DNA of 59,749 bases from Armatimonadota bacterium (GCA_031400935.1 JANNQV010000045.1:62001-121749), one strand, 5' to 3'; counted from the first letter of the stretch, positions 40,750 through 51,652 are shown. Numbers and translations: made by a program. The notes: generated from the sequence alone by a model not told the origin.

Positions 40750-41190
40750 ATGGCAGGCGGCAAAAGAAAGAAAAAGCCGTATGTCGGAGACCGGATTCTC
40801 GCTGGCTACCTCTTTTTAAGCTGCAGCCTAGGCAATCTCATACTCTTGCTACTGACCGCGGCTGCATTTGGAGTCGCATTTGCTCCATCTTGGAGAAAAG
40901 CGGTTGAGGAGCAGTTTCGCAGCTTTGATCTGAATGCACTGCATCTTGCAAATTACTCGCTCGCTATAGCAATATTGTGTGTCTTTGCGATTAGCTTTTC
41001 CACCTGGCTGATCGTAGCGACTTGGAGAAGCCGTAAATGGGCGCTTTGGTTCACGCTGCTTTGGGGGCTGCCTGGCGCTGCAGCCTCGCTTACGTTAGGT
41101 GGCGAATACTGGATGGGCGCAATTGTTCCTACGGCAGTGACGATTTACTGTATGCTTCGTGTTTCTGGGTCAGTTGGTCCCAAGTTGTAA
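40750..41190 (+). CDS. Hypothetical membrane protein
   Basis: About four TM helices; ORF track start is 40690. Confidence 0.6.
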   Translation: MAGGKRKKKPYVGDRILAGYLFLSCSLGNLILLLLTAAAFGVAFAPSWRKAVEEQFRSFDLNALHLANYSLAIAILCVFAISFSTWLIVATWRSRKWALWFTLLWGLPGAAASLTLGGEYWMGAIVPTAVTIYCMLRVSGSVGPKL

Positions 41191-41238
41191 GTCCTTTGGA
41201 AAGGACTTTTCGATGTCCGCCATCCGCACTCAACTTTT

Positions 41239-43971
41239 CTACTGAATTCCCGACGCCCTTCGATCCAAAAATCTCCCAATCAACGCCGACGTATCCCGAA
41301 GGTACACAGCAGTCATGCCTTCGAGCTTCGGATTCTTGGCTGCAGAGGCATAGCGGGTTCGAAGCCGTCGTAGCGCGTCGCTTGCAAGCATCCTTACATC
41401 TTCCAGCACTTGCCCTTGCCCTGCACCTGCCTGAACAATGAGCCCCTGCACGGCAAACCTCTGCAAATCGCGGCGGAGGGGGACGGAACGATTTCCTGAA
41501 CCTATATCGGAAAACACTGAGCCTAGAATCGTGGAAAAGTGCTCATCAATCGAATAGCCGTTCTTGCTTCCATTCCATTTGAACTGGTTTTCGGCGATTC
41601 GGCGCAAAGTGGCATCGCTCATGATCTGTGCGTACATCATCGCTTGACTGGAAGCAATCGTCTGCCGAAGAGGAGCATTGAATCCCGCCATGGCTTCATC
41701 GTTGGCATCTGGGGAAAAACTCGTCATAACGCTTTCCGGCCAGTTGAACGCGCTTGGCGACAAACAGTATCGGACGATCTGCTTGACCGCTATCCGCTGC
41801 TCTTGCGCTGAAACTGGCGCAAGGGTCGCACCCGCGCCAGGATCGCCTTTGAAGCTGCGGCTTGCATGGATTCCACCGACAAACCTCGCCATGTTTCGCC
41901 CTTCGCGGAAGAGCCTTCGCATCACGAGATTTAGAAGTTCAGTTCTCTTGACAAAAGGTTCCCCTGGCTTCGGAAGTTCGTTGATCGCGTATTTTTCAAT
42001 ACGCTTCATTGCTTCGAGCATCTTGGTCGAATAAGTTAGCGGGTCTTTGCCAAAGTCGTGCCGAACGACTGCCGGATCCCAGCCGTCGGCGCTTTCGTCG
42101 GTCATGTAACGGTGCCCAGGAGCACCCGAAAGTGCTGCGATCTTCGCTAGAGCGTGTTTTTCTCCGGCTGGCGTTGTTGCACCCGGAATTTCCGAATAAC
42201 CGTACTGGATCGCCCACTTGTCGTATTGCCCGATGCCAGGATCAAAGAAAACGCCTTTTCCTTTGAGCACTGCTTGGATATTGACTGGCGTGTAATCCAT
42301 TACTGAAGAAGCAACGCCTCGATTTCGCATCAAATTGTCGTTGGCAAGTTCGGCCGTTGTGTTCAGTGTCGAAGCGATAAAGTTATGCCGGAGGCCGAAC
42401 GTATGGCCGATCTCGTGTGCGACTGTTGTTCGAATAAAGTCTTGAACATATTTAGCTGAGCTCACCGCGAGGGTTCCTCCTGCTGTTAGAACGGCCCAAC
42501 CTTCGGCAGCCGAAGCAGTCTTTTCTTTCGCATACGAACAGCCGATATTCGTCCAGCCTAACGAGCGGAGCTTCAGGTTGTAATCTGCCTTTGCAATCGC
42601 GTCATCGCCATCCCAAAGATAGTTCTCGGGCAGACAATTTACAGGATGCTTGGATTCGTGGCTTCGGGTGAAAACTTCAAGTGCTCGATCTAGATTGTTC
42701 GCTGGCGCGGCAATTTTGCCATGCTCCCAAGCCGCAAACTGAGCCATTCCAGCGTCCAGATTTACCGAAGCATTGAGAACTTCTCCGGTAAACGGGTCAA
42801 CGCGTGCCAATGCAATGGCGTATGAAGAATCTTCACTCATTGCCCATCGAACGACGTTGTGCCGAGCATCGGCATGATCCCAATCAGGGTCGTCCTTCGG
42901 CGCATCCAAAACCTGAATTGCATTTTTGAATCCAAGCGGCTCGAAACCTTTGTTCCAAAAGAGAATCCCGTCCTTTACAGCTTGGCGATAGGCTTCTGGA
43001 ACGGTTGAATCAATATACCAAACAACAGGTTTTATAGGTTCAGAAACAGTAGCTTTCGGCTCTTTCTTCTTTAAGTTCCATCGGAAAATGTAACGTTCCG
43101 TGCGGTCGTCTTGTGAAAATCGCCCAACGCTATAATGGTCTTCGGTAAAAAAGCCAACTCGTGGGTCGCCGATTCTAGGAACGTAGCCAGAATCTTGCCT
43201 CCACCAAAGATTGTAAGTCACCTTGAACGGAATGCTTCGTTCGTCTTCAACTTGAGGTGAAGAGCCAAGAAGCCCGAGTATCGGGTTTTGACCGATGCCG
43301 CCGCGTGGCGAAAAGTAGTGGAATTTCATTCGGACGACTGTATTATCTGGGAAAGACTTCGCCCAATCTGGTCCTGATTTATCGCGCTCTAACCCATACG
43401 GGCCAGCAAGAGCCTGCATCATGTCAGGAAGTTGCAAAAAGTCGCCGTAGAACAGATTCGTGAAATTCACCAGAAGAAGCTTCTTTTCAATGTTTGTGGC
43501 TTCAATTCGAAAAGTTGCAATGGTTCCTTCAGGGAAACTCCGTTCGCTTGCTTTGGCGAGCGGGTCGGTCTTGTCCCATCGGTAGGCAATGTTTGGCCGA
43601 ACAAGCACTACGGTATCGTCATTTTTCTCAAATCGAAACGCATCAACAGCGTTGGCCCCGAGCGGGAATCCAGCTTGAGCCGTATCGCTCATGAACCCTG
43701 TGTTAAAGGCTGCTTGAACCAAAAATAGTTTGCCAAGATTGGCCTCAGGCAGTTCAAGAAGTATCTCTTTCTTTCTTCTATAAAGTGTGAAATTGCCTTC
43801 CAGCTTTGTCAAATCCTTGACGGCCTTTTCATATTCTTCTGTTTTCGGGTCTTTCTTGGGCTCTTCCTTTGCCGGAGGCTTTGCCTCGGTAGATTGGGCA
43901 AACCCAAGGGAGGGCGAAGCTAAAAAGGAAGTGCATGAGCACGCAATGATGAACCAGCGAGTAATTTTCAA
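41239..43971 (-). CDS. Zinc-dependent metalloprotease (EcxA-like; DUF5117/DUF4953)
   Basis: HEIGHTFGLRHNF, SSVMDY, DPRVGFF, WNKGFE..GF.NA; signal peptide. Confidence 0.9.
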   Translation of the reverse strand: MKITRWFIIACSCTSFLASPSLGFAQSTEAKPPAKEEPKKDPKTEEYEKAVKDLTKLEGNFTLYRRKKEILLELPEANLGKLFLVQAAFNTGFMSDTAQAGFPLGANAVDAFRFEKNDDTVVLVRPNIAYRWDKTDPLAKASERSFPEGTIATFRIEATNIEKKLLLVNFTNLFYGDFLQLPDMMQALAGPYGLERDKSGPDWAKSFPDNTVVRMKFHYFSPRGGIGQNPILGLLGSSPQVEDERSIPFKVTYNLWWRQDSGYVPRIGDPRVGFFTEDHYSVGRFSQDDRTERYIFRWNLKKKEPKATVSEPIKPVVWYIDSTVPEAYRQAVKDGILFWNKGFEPLGFKNAIQVLDAPKDDPDWDHADARHNVVRWAMSEDSSYAIALARVDPFTGEVLNASVNLDAGMAQFAAWEHGKIAAPANNLDRALEVFTRSHESKHPVNCLPENYLWDGDDAIAKADYNLKLRSLGWTNIGCSYAKEKTASAAEGWAVLTAGGTLAVSSAKYVQDFIRTTVAHEIGHTFGLRHNFIASTLNTTAELANDNLMRNRGVASSVMDYTPVNIQAVLKGKGVFFDPGIGQYDKWAIQYGYSEIPGATTPAGEKHALAKIAALSGAPGHRYMTDESADGWDPAVVRHDFGKDPLTYSTKMLEAMKRIEKYAINELPKPGEPFVKRTELLNLVMRRLFREGRNMARFVGGIHASRSFKGDPGAGATLAPVSAQEQRIAVKQIVRYCLSPSAFNWPESVMTSFSPDANDEAMAGFNAPLRQTIASSQAMMYAQIMSDATLRRIAENQFKWNGSKNGYSIDEHFSTILGSVFSDIGSGNRSVPLRRDLQRFAVQGLIVQAGAGQGQVLEDVRMLASDALRRLRTRYASAAKNPKLEGMTAVYLRDTSALIGRFLDRRASGIQ

Positions 43972-44094
43972 AGGATTCTCCTAACTATTTGCAGACGTAA
44001 AACACCTGCTAAAAATGCAGTCTGTAGCAATCTTATTCTTAATAATCGTCATGAAGGAACGAAATCGTTTCCTTTTTCCTAAAAATTGATGATT

Positions 44095-45273
44095 TTAAGA
44101 AGTGGCTTCGAACGCCTGTTCGAGGTCGGCTATTAAATCCTCGACAGCTTCAATACCAACGGAGAGTCGAATCATCGAATCATCTATCCCAAGTTCGGCG
44201 CGAATTTCTTTGGGAACAGAAGCATGAGTCATGATTCCTGGATGCTCGGCTAGGCTTTCCACACCGCCAAGCGACTCTGCAATCGCGAAAATCTTCAGAG
44301 ATGCCAAGAATGCTTCAGCGCGGGATTGGTCGCCCTTTATGATAAAGCTGATCATTCCTCCAGGTCCACTCGATTGCCCTTTGCCAAGTTCATATGAGGG
44401 GTGTGATTTCAGGCCCGGAAAAATTGTTTTTGTGACCTGTGAATGCCCTTCCAAGTACTCGGCAATGGTTTGCGAGTTCTGCGCGATTCGGTCCATTCGC
44501 ACCGCTAATGTCTTGATTCCTCTCAAAACCAGCCAGCAATCGAACGGCCCAGGTACAGCGCCGATTGAATTTTGCAAGAACTTCAGCCGCGCATATAGGC
44601 TCATTCCTTCTGCAAACTTGTGCAGAGTTGAATCTGAAAACATTAAAGCGCCCATAACTACATCGGAGTGTCCATTGATGAATTTTGTGATGCTGTGCAT
44701 GACAATATCAATTCCAAAATTCAGCGGATTTTGGAAATAAGGGCTCATGAACGTATTGTCAACGGCAGAGATCAGGCCGTTTTTCTTCGCGAAATCTGCG
44801 ATTGCCTGAAGATCAATGATCTTTAACATCGGATTCGTAGGGGTTTCGCACCAAATGAGTTTTGTGTTTTCCTTCAGAGAGCTATCAAGTAGAGCCGTGT
44901 CGGAAAGGTCAACAAATGAAAAGGACAGTCCGCGGTTGACTGCAATTCGGGAAAAGAGCCTCCGAGTCCCGCCATAAAGGTCGTCACCTGCGATTACATG
45001 ATCGCCAGTATTCAACAAATTGAGAACAGCATCAATGGAAGCCATTCCAGTTGCAAAGACAAGTGCATGGTTTGCACCTTCCAATGCTGCCAGTTGAGTT
45101 TGAAGCACGGTTCGCGTTGGGTTGTCTGTTCGGGAGTACTCGTAACCCTTGTGCTCGCCCGGAGCCGATTGGGCATAAGTGCTGGTTTGGAAAATTGGAG
45201 TCATCACGGCGCCTGTTAGGGCTTCTGGCTCAATTCCAGCGTGTATGGTGAGTGTTTCAAACTTCGGCTGCAT
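44095..45273 (-). CDS. Cystathionine gamma-synthase/lyase family PLP enzyme
   Basis: YEYSRTDNPTR, ETPTNP, VDNTF, HS.TKFINGHSD, AESLGGVESL, RLSVGIE. Confidence 0.93.
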   Translation of the reverse strand: MQPKFETLTIHAGIEPEALTGAVMTPIFQTSTYAQSAPGEHKGYEYSRTDNPTRTVLQTQLAALEGANHALVFATGMASIDAVLNLLNTGDHVIAGDDLYGGTRRLFSRIAVNRGLSFSFVDLSDTALLDSSLKENTKLIWCETPTNPMLKIIDLQAIADFAKKNGLISAVDNTFMSPYFQNPLNFGIDIVMHSITKFINGHSDVVMGALMFSDSTLHKFAEGMSLYARLKFLQNSIGAVPGPFDCWLVLRGIKTLAVRMDRIAQNSQTIAEYLEGHSQVTKTIFPGLKSHPSYELGKGQSSGPGGMISFIIKGDQSRAEAFLASLKIFAIAESLGGVESLAEHPGIMTHASVPKEIRAELGIDDSMIRLSVGIEAVEDLIADLEQAFEATS

Positions 45274-45603
45274 TCAGTTGTAAGTATGGTCGTTTCGAAT
45301 AAGTTTTCGAGTGGATTGACTTTTTTGCCTTGTTAATCGAATTATTGGCTCGAAAATTGCGTCACAATACATGTGTGATTCGTTCCGTGCGGTTCGGATA
45401 AAAGCGAAATTCTAGGTAATTTGTACAAGAAACGAAGAATACGGTAAATTTGCCAGTCTAAGTTTAGTGGAACCTGGGTTATCATAGAGTCGTTTAACTA
45501 CCGTTGGTTGCAAAGTTGATCCATTTTTGGAGAAGCCTGACTACCAAGTAGGTAGGCCGGATCCTTTTAAGGACGATCAGGCTTTGTTTTGAAGGAGGAA
45601 CAA

Positions 45604-46329
45604 GTGAAGAAACTTGCAATTTTTGCTCTCGCTGCTATCGCTGGCTCAAGCCAAGCGGTCCTATTATTTGATAACGGTAACGTTATTAACAATGTTAACG
45701 GCTCCGGCCAACCTATTTCGTCATTCGCGCCACCAAGTTCATTGTATGGCTTTGGATGCCAGGAATCCTCGGATAGTTGGGCTGCTGATGATGTTACGGC
45801 TACGAATAACTGGGTAGTTCAAGGCTTTACAGTTTTTTCGTTCCAGGCGCAACCCTCTGGAAATTTGTTTACGTTTACTAATATTCGATGGTCGCTAATT
45901 CAAGGCGACGTGAATACTGGAACTGTCGTAGGTTCAGGAGCTGGGGCACCGATCAACCAAGGATTTGTTGGGTATCGAGTAGCAACTACAGCGCCAAACG
46001 TCACGACTCGGCCTATTTACGCAATGGGTGTAACTGGCTTAAACATTAATCTTACGAACGGCTCTTCGTACTGGCTTCGCTGGTCGCTGGATGGAAACGC
46101 TGCGAGCGGTAACGGACCGAACGCAATACCAATCCCAGGCAGAACTACTGGCAATGGACAGCAGAGACTGATCACTGGTAATGGCCTATTTAACACATAC
46201 ACAGATCTGGGCAACGGACTCAATGTCGAATTGCCATTCCAGTTGCATGGAATCGTTCCAGAGCCAACAACGATGCTTGCTCTAAGCGCTGGCATTGCTG
46301 CGATCGTTGCTCGAAGACGACGCAAGTAA
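45604..46329 (+). CDS. PEP-CTERM sorting domain protein
   Basis: AAGGAGG RBS, then GTG KKLAIFALAA signal peptide; C-terminal VPEPTTMLAL..GIAAIVARRRRK. Confidence 0.92.
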   Translation: MKKLAIFALAAIAGSSQAVLLFDNGNVINNVNGSGQPISSFAPPSSLYGFGCQESSDSWAADDVTATNNWVVQGFTVFSFQAQPSGNLFTFTNIRWSLIQGDVNTGTVVGSGAGAPINQGFVGYRVATTAPNVTTRPIYAMGVTGLNINLTNGSSYWLRWSLDGNAASGNGPNAIPIPGRTTGNGQQRLITGNGLFNTYTDLGNGLNVELPFQLHGIVPEPTTMLALSAGIAAIVARRRRK

Positions 46330-46350
46330 CCACGGCTGGGTTAAACCTTT

Positions 46351-46380
46351 GTGGGATCCCTTATGGGATCCCACTTTGTT
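46351..46380 (+). terminator. Intrinsic terminator
   Basis: GTGGGATCCC-TTAT-GGGATCCCAC followed by TTTGTT. Confidence 0.8.
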
Positions 46381-46385
46381 GTTTG

Positions 46386-46600
46386 TGGGTCATTGGGATT
46401 TACGGTGCAGGGTCTAGGGTTTAGGCCTTTGGAGAGTGGGGTGTAGGGTTTGGGGTTTGGACAACTGTACAGTACAGGAACCGCCGACCGCTGACCTCGA
46501 ACTAACAACCGCCAACTGCAATCCGCCTACTTTAAGCTTTCGAATACCTAAATCCTGAACCCTGAACTTTGAACTTTGAACTTTGAACCCTAAACCCTGC
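46386..46600. repeat. Bipartite heptamer tract between convergent genes
   Basis: agggtct agggttt ... ggggtgt agggttt ggggttt, then gaaccct (gaacttt)x3 gaaccct aaaccct. Confidence 0.8.
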
Positions 46601-46601
46601 C

Positions 46602-47393
46602 TTATCCAAACCGGCCAGAAATGTAGTCCTCTGTCGCTTTTTCTTTGGGTTTTAAGAATAAAGTCTCAGTTGTATCATATTCGACCAGCTCTCCAGTATA
46701 GAAAAACGCCGTGTAATCGCTCGCCCTTTGGGCCTGTTGCATGTTATGAGTCACGATTACGATTGTATAGCTCTGTTTCAATTCAAACATTAAGTCTTCG
46801 ATCTTCGCGGTTGCGATAGGATCAAGAGCCGAACATGGCTCGTCCATCAAGATCACTTCCGGGTCAACCGCCATTGTCCTTGCTATACAGATTCTCTGCT
46901 GTTGGCCGCCTGAATATGCCAGTGCGCTCTTCTTCAGCTCGTCCTTTACATCGTCCCAGAGGGCAGCTTGTCGCAAGCACCTTTCAACGATGTGATCCAG
47001 TTCTGATTTTGATTTCACTCCATGGATGCGTGGCCCGTAAGCGATATTGTCGTAAATGGACATTGGAAACGGATTCGGCTTTTGAAACACCATTCCAACA
47101 ACTTTGCGGAGTGCGACCGGGTCCACAATCGGGTCGTAGATGTCTTGAGAATCAATCGTAATCTTGCCAGAGAATTTTGCACTCGGAATCAGTTCGTTCA
47201 TCCGATTGAAGCAGCGAAGAAAAGTTGACTTACCGCAACCGCTCGGCCCGATAAAAGCGGTTACGCGATTTGGCGGAATCTTAACATTGACGTTGCGAAG
47301 CGCCTGCTTTGTCCCGTAGAAAAAGTTCACATCAGAGACCGAAATCTTGGGCTCTGCAAGCAAAGTCGGTGGTTCGGTCATAGTAGACGCCAT
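46602..47393 (-). CDS. pstB: Phosphate ABC transporter ATP-binding protein
   Basis: [53 protein letters not shown]. Confidence 0.95.
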   Translation of the reverse strand: MASTMTEPPTLLAEPKISVSDVNFFYGTKQALRNVNVKIPPNRVTAFIGPSGCGKSTFLRCFNRMNELIPSAKFSGKITIDSQDIYDPIVDPVALRKVVGMVFQKPNPFPMSIYDNIAYGPRIHGVKSKSELDHIVERCLRQAALWDDVKDELKKSALAYSGGQQQRICIARTMAVDPEVILMDEPCSALDPIATAKIEDLMFELKQSYTIVIVTHNMQQAQRASDYTAFFYTGELVEYDTTETLFLKPKEKATEDYISGRFG

Positions 47394-47417
47394 CTGATTG
47401 ACAGTTTAACCGATTTC

Positions 47418-48512
47418 TTAGCTCAGATTCCCTATTCTAGCAGTTTGTTGTCGCAAAGCATGATCGGCAAGCACGAGAGCCGTCATCGCTTCAACAATTG
47501 GGACGGCTCTGGGAAGCACGCATGGATCATGTCGGCCCCGACCCTTGATGGTCGTGTTCTCGTGATCGGTAGTCACGGTGCGTTGTTCATGGAGTATGGT
47601 TGCCGTAGGTTTGAACGCGCAACGAAATTCAATAGGCATTCCGTTCGAAATCCCGCCTTGAATTCCCCCGCTGAAGTTGGTTTCTGTTGAAACTCGCTTT
47701 GAGTCATCTGCGAAATACGGGTCGTTGTGTTCTGAACCCAAAAGGTCAGTTCCGCCGAATCCAGAGCCGACATCGAAGCCTCTGCAAGCCGGCAGCGAAA
47801 GCATCGCCTTCGCCAAGTCGGCTTCAAGCTTGTCGAAAACTGGTTCCCCCCAGCCTGCTGGCACATTTCGGGCAACGCACGAAACTACACCGCCAACCGA
47901 ATCTCCTGACTTTCGTACTTCCTCAATATGCTCGATCATCTTGATAGACATTTCCAAATCTGGGCATCGAACGATGTTTGATTCCACATTGTCCCTGGTT
48001 ACCAAATTTGCATCAACTGATGCTTTCAATAAGTGCACTATTTGAACCCACGCGACAATTTCAACATCCCAAACGGAACGTAGCAGTTCTTGGGCAATGG
48101 CTCCGGCGGCAACTCGTCCAACCGTTTCTCGTGCAGAGGCTCGTCCTCCACCTGCCCAATCCCGAATTCCGAATTTTTGATCGTACGAAAAATCCGCATG
48201 GCTCGGGCGGTATTTAGTCTTCATTTCTTCGTAGTCGTTCGATCTTGCGTCTTCGTTTCGCACAAGCATGGCAATGGGAGTTCCAAGTGTTTTGCCTTCG
48301 AAAACCCCACTCAAAATCTCAACGTTGTCGCTTTCCTTGCGCTGAGTAACGATTTTGGATTGTCCTGGCCTTCTTCGGTCCAATTCTGTTTGGATGATTG
48401 CTTCTGAGATCGGAAGCCCCGCCGGGCAGCCGTCAATCACGACTCCGACGGCGGGACCGTGGGATTCGCCAAAGGTGGCGATTCGAAAGGCTTTCCCGAA
48501 GAAGCTAGACAT
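47418..48512 (-). CDS. aroC: Chorismate synthase
   Basis: [40 protein letters not shown] at 48512. Confidence 0.96.
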   Translation of the reverse strand: MSSFFGKAFRIATFGESHGPAVGVVIDGCPAGLPISEAIIQTELDRRRPGQSKIVTQRKESDNVEILSGVFEGKTLGTPIAMLVRNEDARSNDYEEMKTKYRPSHADFSYDQKFGIRDWAGGGRASARETVGRVAAGAIAQELLRSVWDVEIVAWVQIVHLLKASVDANLVTRDNVESNIVRCPDLEMSIKMIEHIEEVRKSGDSVGGVVSCVARNVPAGWGEPVFDKLEADLAKAMLSLPACRGFDVGSGFGGTDLLGSEHNDPYFADDSKRVSTETNFSGGIQGGISNGMPIEFRCAFKPTATILHEQRTVTTDHENTTIKGRGRHDPCVLPRAVPIVEAMTALVLADHALRQQTARIGNLS

Positions 48513-48555
48513 AAGGTTATTGTGAACGAACGTTCCAAAAGTATGTGGCTCAAAG

Positions 48556-48648
48556 TGTGGCTCGTCCGTCCCGGACGAGAGTTGTATGGCGTCCGGCCCA
48601 TTTCTGAAGCAATACTGATTGATTCTCGTCCGGGACGGACGAGCCACA
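48556..48648. repeat. REPIN-like inverted palindrome pair (copy 2)
   Basis: TGTGGCTCGTCCGTCCCGGACGAGA ... TCTCGTCCGGGACGGACGAGCCACA; perfect 25-bp inverted repeat with the same unit as 35326-35423. Confidence 0.85.
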
Positions 48649-48682
48649 TTACGAGCCCCGTCATCGCAAAGTAAAATGAACG

Positions 48683-49957
48683 GTGCTTCGAATCGGACGT
48701 GTCGCGACAATCCAGGGAATTCTGCGTCCGCCTTCGGACAAGTCATTGACACATCGAAGCTACTTGCTGGCAAGCATCGCAAGTTCACCTTCCGTTGTCT
48801 CAAATCCGTTGGTGGGCGAAGATTGCCAGTCAACTCTAAAGTGCCTTATTGAACTTGGCCTGAAGGCAGAGAATTTGCCAGGTGGAGGGCTCAAATTGAT
48901 TCCTCTAGATGAATGGAAGCAGCCGATTTCTCCGCTTGATTGCGGGAATTCTGGCACTTTGCTACGACTAATTAGCGGTTTGATTGCTTCTCGCCCAATA
49001 ATTGCGACTCTGATTGGCGACGAAAGCCTTTCACGCCGTCCTATGAAGCGCATTACGGAGCCATTGCGGCTGATGGGAGCTGAAATCGAAGGAGATATGC
49101 CGCCGCTCACAATTCGAGGCTCCGAAAACCTTCTTGGAATTGACTATTTCAGCCCCGTCGCCAGCGCGCAAATCAAAAGTTGCCTTCTTTTGGCTGGACT
49201 TAACGCCAAAGGGACCACATCCGTAACGGAGCCTCATTTGAGCCGGGATCATACGGAAAGGATGTTGGAAGCTTGCGGAGTTCACGTCCTGCGAGAAGGC
49301 TTGAAAGTTTCGGTTGAGGGAGGGCAGCGGCCAATTGGATTTGAGTTTTCGATTCCTGCCGATATTTCCAGCGCAGCATTCTTCATGGTCGCAGCGGCAC
49401 TCCTGCCAGAATCGAATTTGTTGCTACAGGATGTTGGAATCAATCCAACTCGTTCTGGAATTCTTGATGTTTTTGAGCAGTCCGGACTTTCGGCAACGGT
49501 ACTTGATGAGAAACTTTCCATGGGCGAACCAATGGCTGCCATTGAAGTTAGAGGTGGTACGATAGGCTCTTCGTTTTCGATTGAAGGCGAATTAGTCCCT
49601 CGTCTTGTGGACGAAATCCCAATTCTTGCCGTTTTGGCGACCCAGCTTGATGGTGTTAGCCGCATCCGAGATGCGCAAGAGCTTCGGGTCAAAGAAAGCG
49701 ACCGAATCGAGGCAATGGCGGCGGGTCTAAGAGCGATGGGAGGCGATGTAGAGGTGTTTGAGGACGGAATGGATATTTCAGGGCCAACAAAGTTAAAGGG
49801 CGCCCACATCGAAGCGAATCAGGACCATCGAATTGCGTTGGCATTCGCAATTGCCGGATTGATTGCGGACGGTGAAACAACGATTTCGGGGGAAGAGACT
49901 ATCGCTACGAGCTACCCCGACTTTGAACATGATTTATGGAGTGTATGCGTTGTCTAA
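48683..49957 (+). CDS. aroA: 3-phosphoshikimate 1-carboxyvinyltransferase
   Basis: [41 protein letters not shown]. Confidence 0.96.
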   Translation: MLRIGRVATIQGILRPPSDKSLTHRSYLLASIASSPSVVSNPLVGEDCQSTLKCLIELGLKAENLPGGGLKLIPLDEWKQPISPLDCGNSGTLLRLISGLIASRPIIATLIGDESLSRRPMKRITEPLRLMGAEIEGDMPPLTIRGSENLLGIDYFSPVASAQIKSCLLLAGLNAKGTTSVTEPHLSRDHTERMLEACGVHVLREGLKVSVEGGQRPIGFEFSIPADISSAAFFMVAAALLPESNLLLQDVGINPTRSGILDVFEQSGLSATVLDEKLSMGEPMAAIEVRGGTIGSSFSIEGELVPRLVDEIPILAVLATQLDGVSRIRDAQELRVKESDRIEAMAAGLRAMGGDVEVFEDGMDISGPTKLKGAHIEANQDHRIALAFAIAGLIADGETTISGEETIATSYPDFEHDLWSVCVV

Positions 49958-50612
49958 ACTAATTATTGCCATTGACGGCCCTGCGGGAGCGGGGAAGAGC
50001 ACAGTGTCTCAACTGGTTGCTACCAAGCTGGGTTTGCGACTTTTGGATACGGGAGCCATGTACCGGTGCGTTGCGTTGGCGGCATCAAGGGATGGACTCA
50101 AATCGGATTCAAAACCGAGCCTTCTGGTTCAAGTTGCAGAATCAATCCATATTGATTTCAAGGCTGGCGATCCGCAAAAAATCATGTTGAACGGCGAAGA
50201 TGTAACTTCCGCCATTCGGACGCTTCCAATCGGTCAATTGTCGAGCGAGATAAGCGTTCATCCAGGGCTGCGAAAAGTATTGGTTCAAAAGCAAAAGGAA
50301 ATCTTAGCAGAAGGGGATTTTGTGCTGGAGGGCCGAGATGTAACGACCGTGGTTGCTCCAGAGGCTCAAGTCAAAGTGTTTCTAACGGCAAGCATCGAAG
50401 AGCGCGCACGTCGAAGGTGGCTAGAAATGAGGGATCGAGGGGACGAAAGACGGCTTCAGAATTTGGTAAAGGACGTTGTTCAGCGGGATCATCGGGATTA
50501 TACTCGTGCCGATAGTCCATTGCAGCTTGCTGAGGAGGCTGTGATTGTAGAGTCCTTTGGGCTGACTCCGGAGCAGGTGGCTCAAAAGATCATTGATCTT
50601 ATTGCCGAGTGA
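49950..50612 (+). CDS. cmk: Cytidylate kinase
   Basis: IAIDGPAGAGKST, DTGAMYR, EGRD, FLTAS.EERA.RR; TTG start at 49950 follows GGAG. Confidence 0.95.
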   Translation: MSKLIIAIDGPAGAGKSTVSQLVATKLGLRLLDTGAMYRCVALAASRDGLKSDSKPSLLVQVAESIHIDFKAGDPQKIMLNGEDVTSAIRTLPIGQLSSEISVHPGLRKVLVQKQKEILAEGDFVLEGRDVTTVVAPEAQVKVFLTASIEERARRRWLEMRDRGDERRLQNLVKDVVQRDHRDYTRADSPLQLAEEAVIVESFGLTPEQVAQKIIDLIAE

Positions 50613-50730
50613 TTGGTTGTTAGTTGGTGGTTGTTTGTTGTTCTCTCGCTCCACTTCGTTGCGAACCTTTGCGTGAGATTCTGTATCCATGTTTGGAACC
50701 CTGCGCGTTCCAAACATATTATTCAAACTG

Positions 50731-51579
50731 ATGACAAAGCAACTAATCGGAGTTTTTGGCCCAGGCTCGACCCATTGGGTGGGCGACGGCTTTCATGTTC
50801 AAAATTTCTTTCCTTCCAACAAGATCGGAGAGTACGTAAGCCCTTTCCTTTTGATGGACTATGCTGGCCCAACTCATTTCCCACCTGGATTGCATCGTCA
50901 TGGCGTAGACCGGCACCCGCATCGCGGATTTGAGACGGTAACCGTAGCACTGCAAGGCGAGATCGAGCATAGCGATTCGGCTGGCAATTCGGGGGTCATC
51001 GGCACCGGCGATGTTCAATGGATGACTGCCGGATCGGGCGTAGTTCATGAAGAAAAGCAGTCCCAGGCGTTTGCCGAAAGCGGTGGGACGCTTGAGATGA
51101 TTCAACTTTGGGTAAATTTGCGAAGAGTTGACAAAATGACTCCGCCAGCATATCAGACCCTGTTGAAAAGCGATATTCCGGATGTCGAGGCTGCTGGAGG
51201 TACTTTGAGGCTCATCTCAGGTTCATTGAATGATTCAAAAGGTCCAGCCAAAACTTTTTCGCCAGTAACCCTTATTGATGCGAAATTTGATGCAGATTCG
51301 CAAGTTGAGATTCCATGGACTGACGGCCATACTGCGGCAATTCTTGTCCGAAATGGCTCCATAGGGGTTTTAGGCCAACCTGCCAACGAGAATTCCCTAG
51401 TTGTATTTGAACGAGTCGGCGATTCGATTCAGTTCAGCGTAGCGGCTGATTCAAAATTGCTGATTTTCGGTGGAGAGCCAATTGACGAGCCGACGTATTT
51501 CCACGGCCCGTTTGTGATGAACTCGCCCGAAGAACTTTCACAGGCGATTGAGGATTATCGAGCTGGGAAGATGGGGTAG
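50731..51579 (+). CDS. Pirin family protein
   Basis: PFLLMDY, HPHRGFETVT, QWMTAGSG..HEE, QLWVNL, GPFVMN. Confidence 0.94.
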   Translation: MTKQLIGVFGPGSTHWVGDGFHVQNFFPSNKIGEYVSPFLLMDYAGPTHFPPGLHRHGVDRHPHRGFETVTVALQGEIEHSDSAGNSGVIGTGDVQWMTAGSGVVHEEKQSQAFAESGGTLEMIQLWVNLRRVDKMTPPAYQTLLKSDIPDVEAAGGTLRLISGSLNDSKGPAKTFSPVTLIDAKFDADSQVEIPWTDGHTAAILVRNGSIGVLGQPANENSLVVFERVGDSIQFSVAADSKLLIFGGEPIDEPTYFHGPFVMNSPEELSQAIEDYRAGKMG

Positions 51580-51601
51580 TTTGCAACCCGATAAGTTAAG
51601 C

Positions 51602-51629
51602 AAAAAGAGCCTTGATACGATCAAGGCTC
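51602..51629 (-). terminator. Intrinsic terminator of rpsD
   Basis: GAGCCTTGAT-ACG-ATCAAGGCTC preceded by AAAAA, giving a U tract on the minus strand. Confidence 0.75.
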
Positions 51630-51652
51630 ATTGCAATTTTAGATGTTAACAA

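Noticed and set aside
45274..45530. SAM riboswitch upstream of the cystathionine gamma-synthase/lyase gene
   Set aside because: No recognisable SAM-I core or terminator on the minus strand.
45533..45584. Hammerhead ribozyme or c-di-GMP riboswitch
   Set aside because: Lacks the CUGANGA/GAAA core and the GEMM tetraloop-receptor pattern.
47418..48833. Long N-terminal extensions in the ORF track for aroC, leuA, rpsD, cmk, the Spy-like gene and DUF2330
   Set aside because: The extensions overlap divergent genes or repeats and lack family similarity; downstream starts fit the conserved N-termini.
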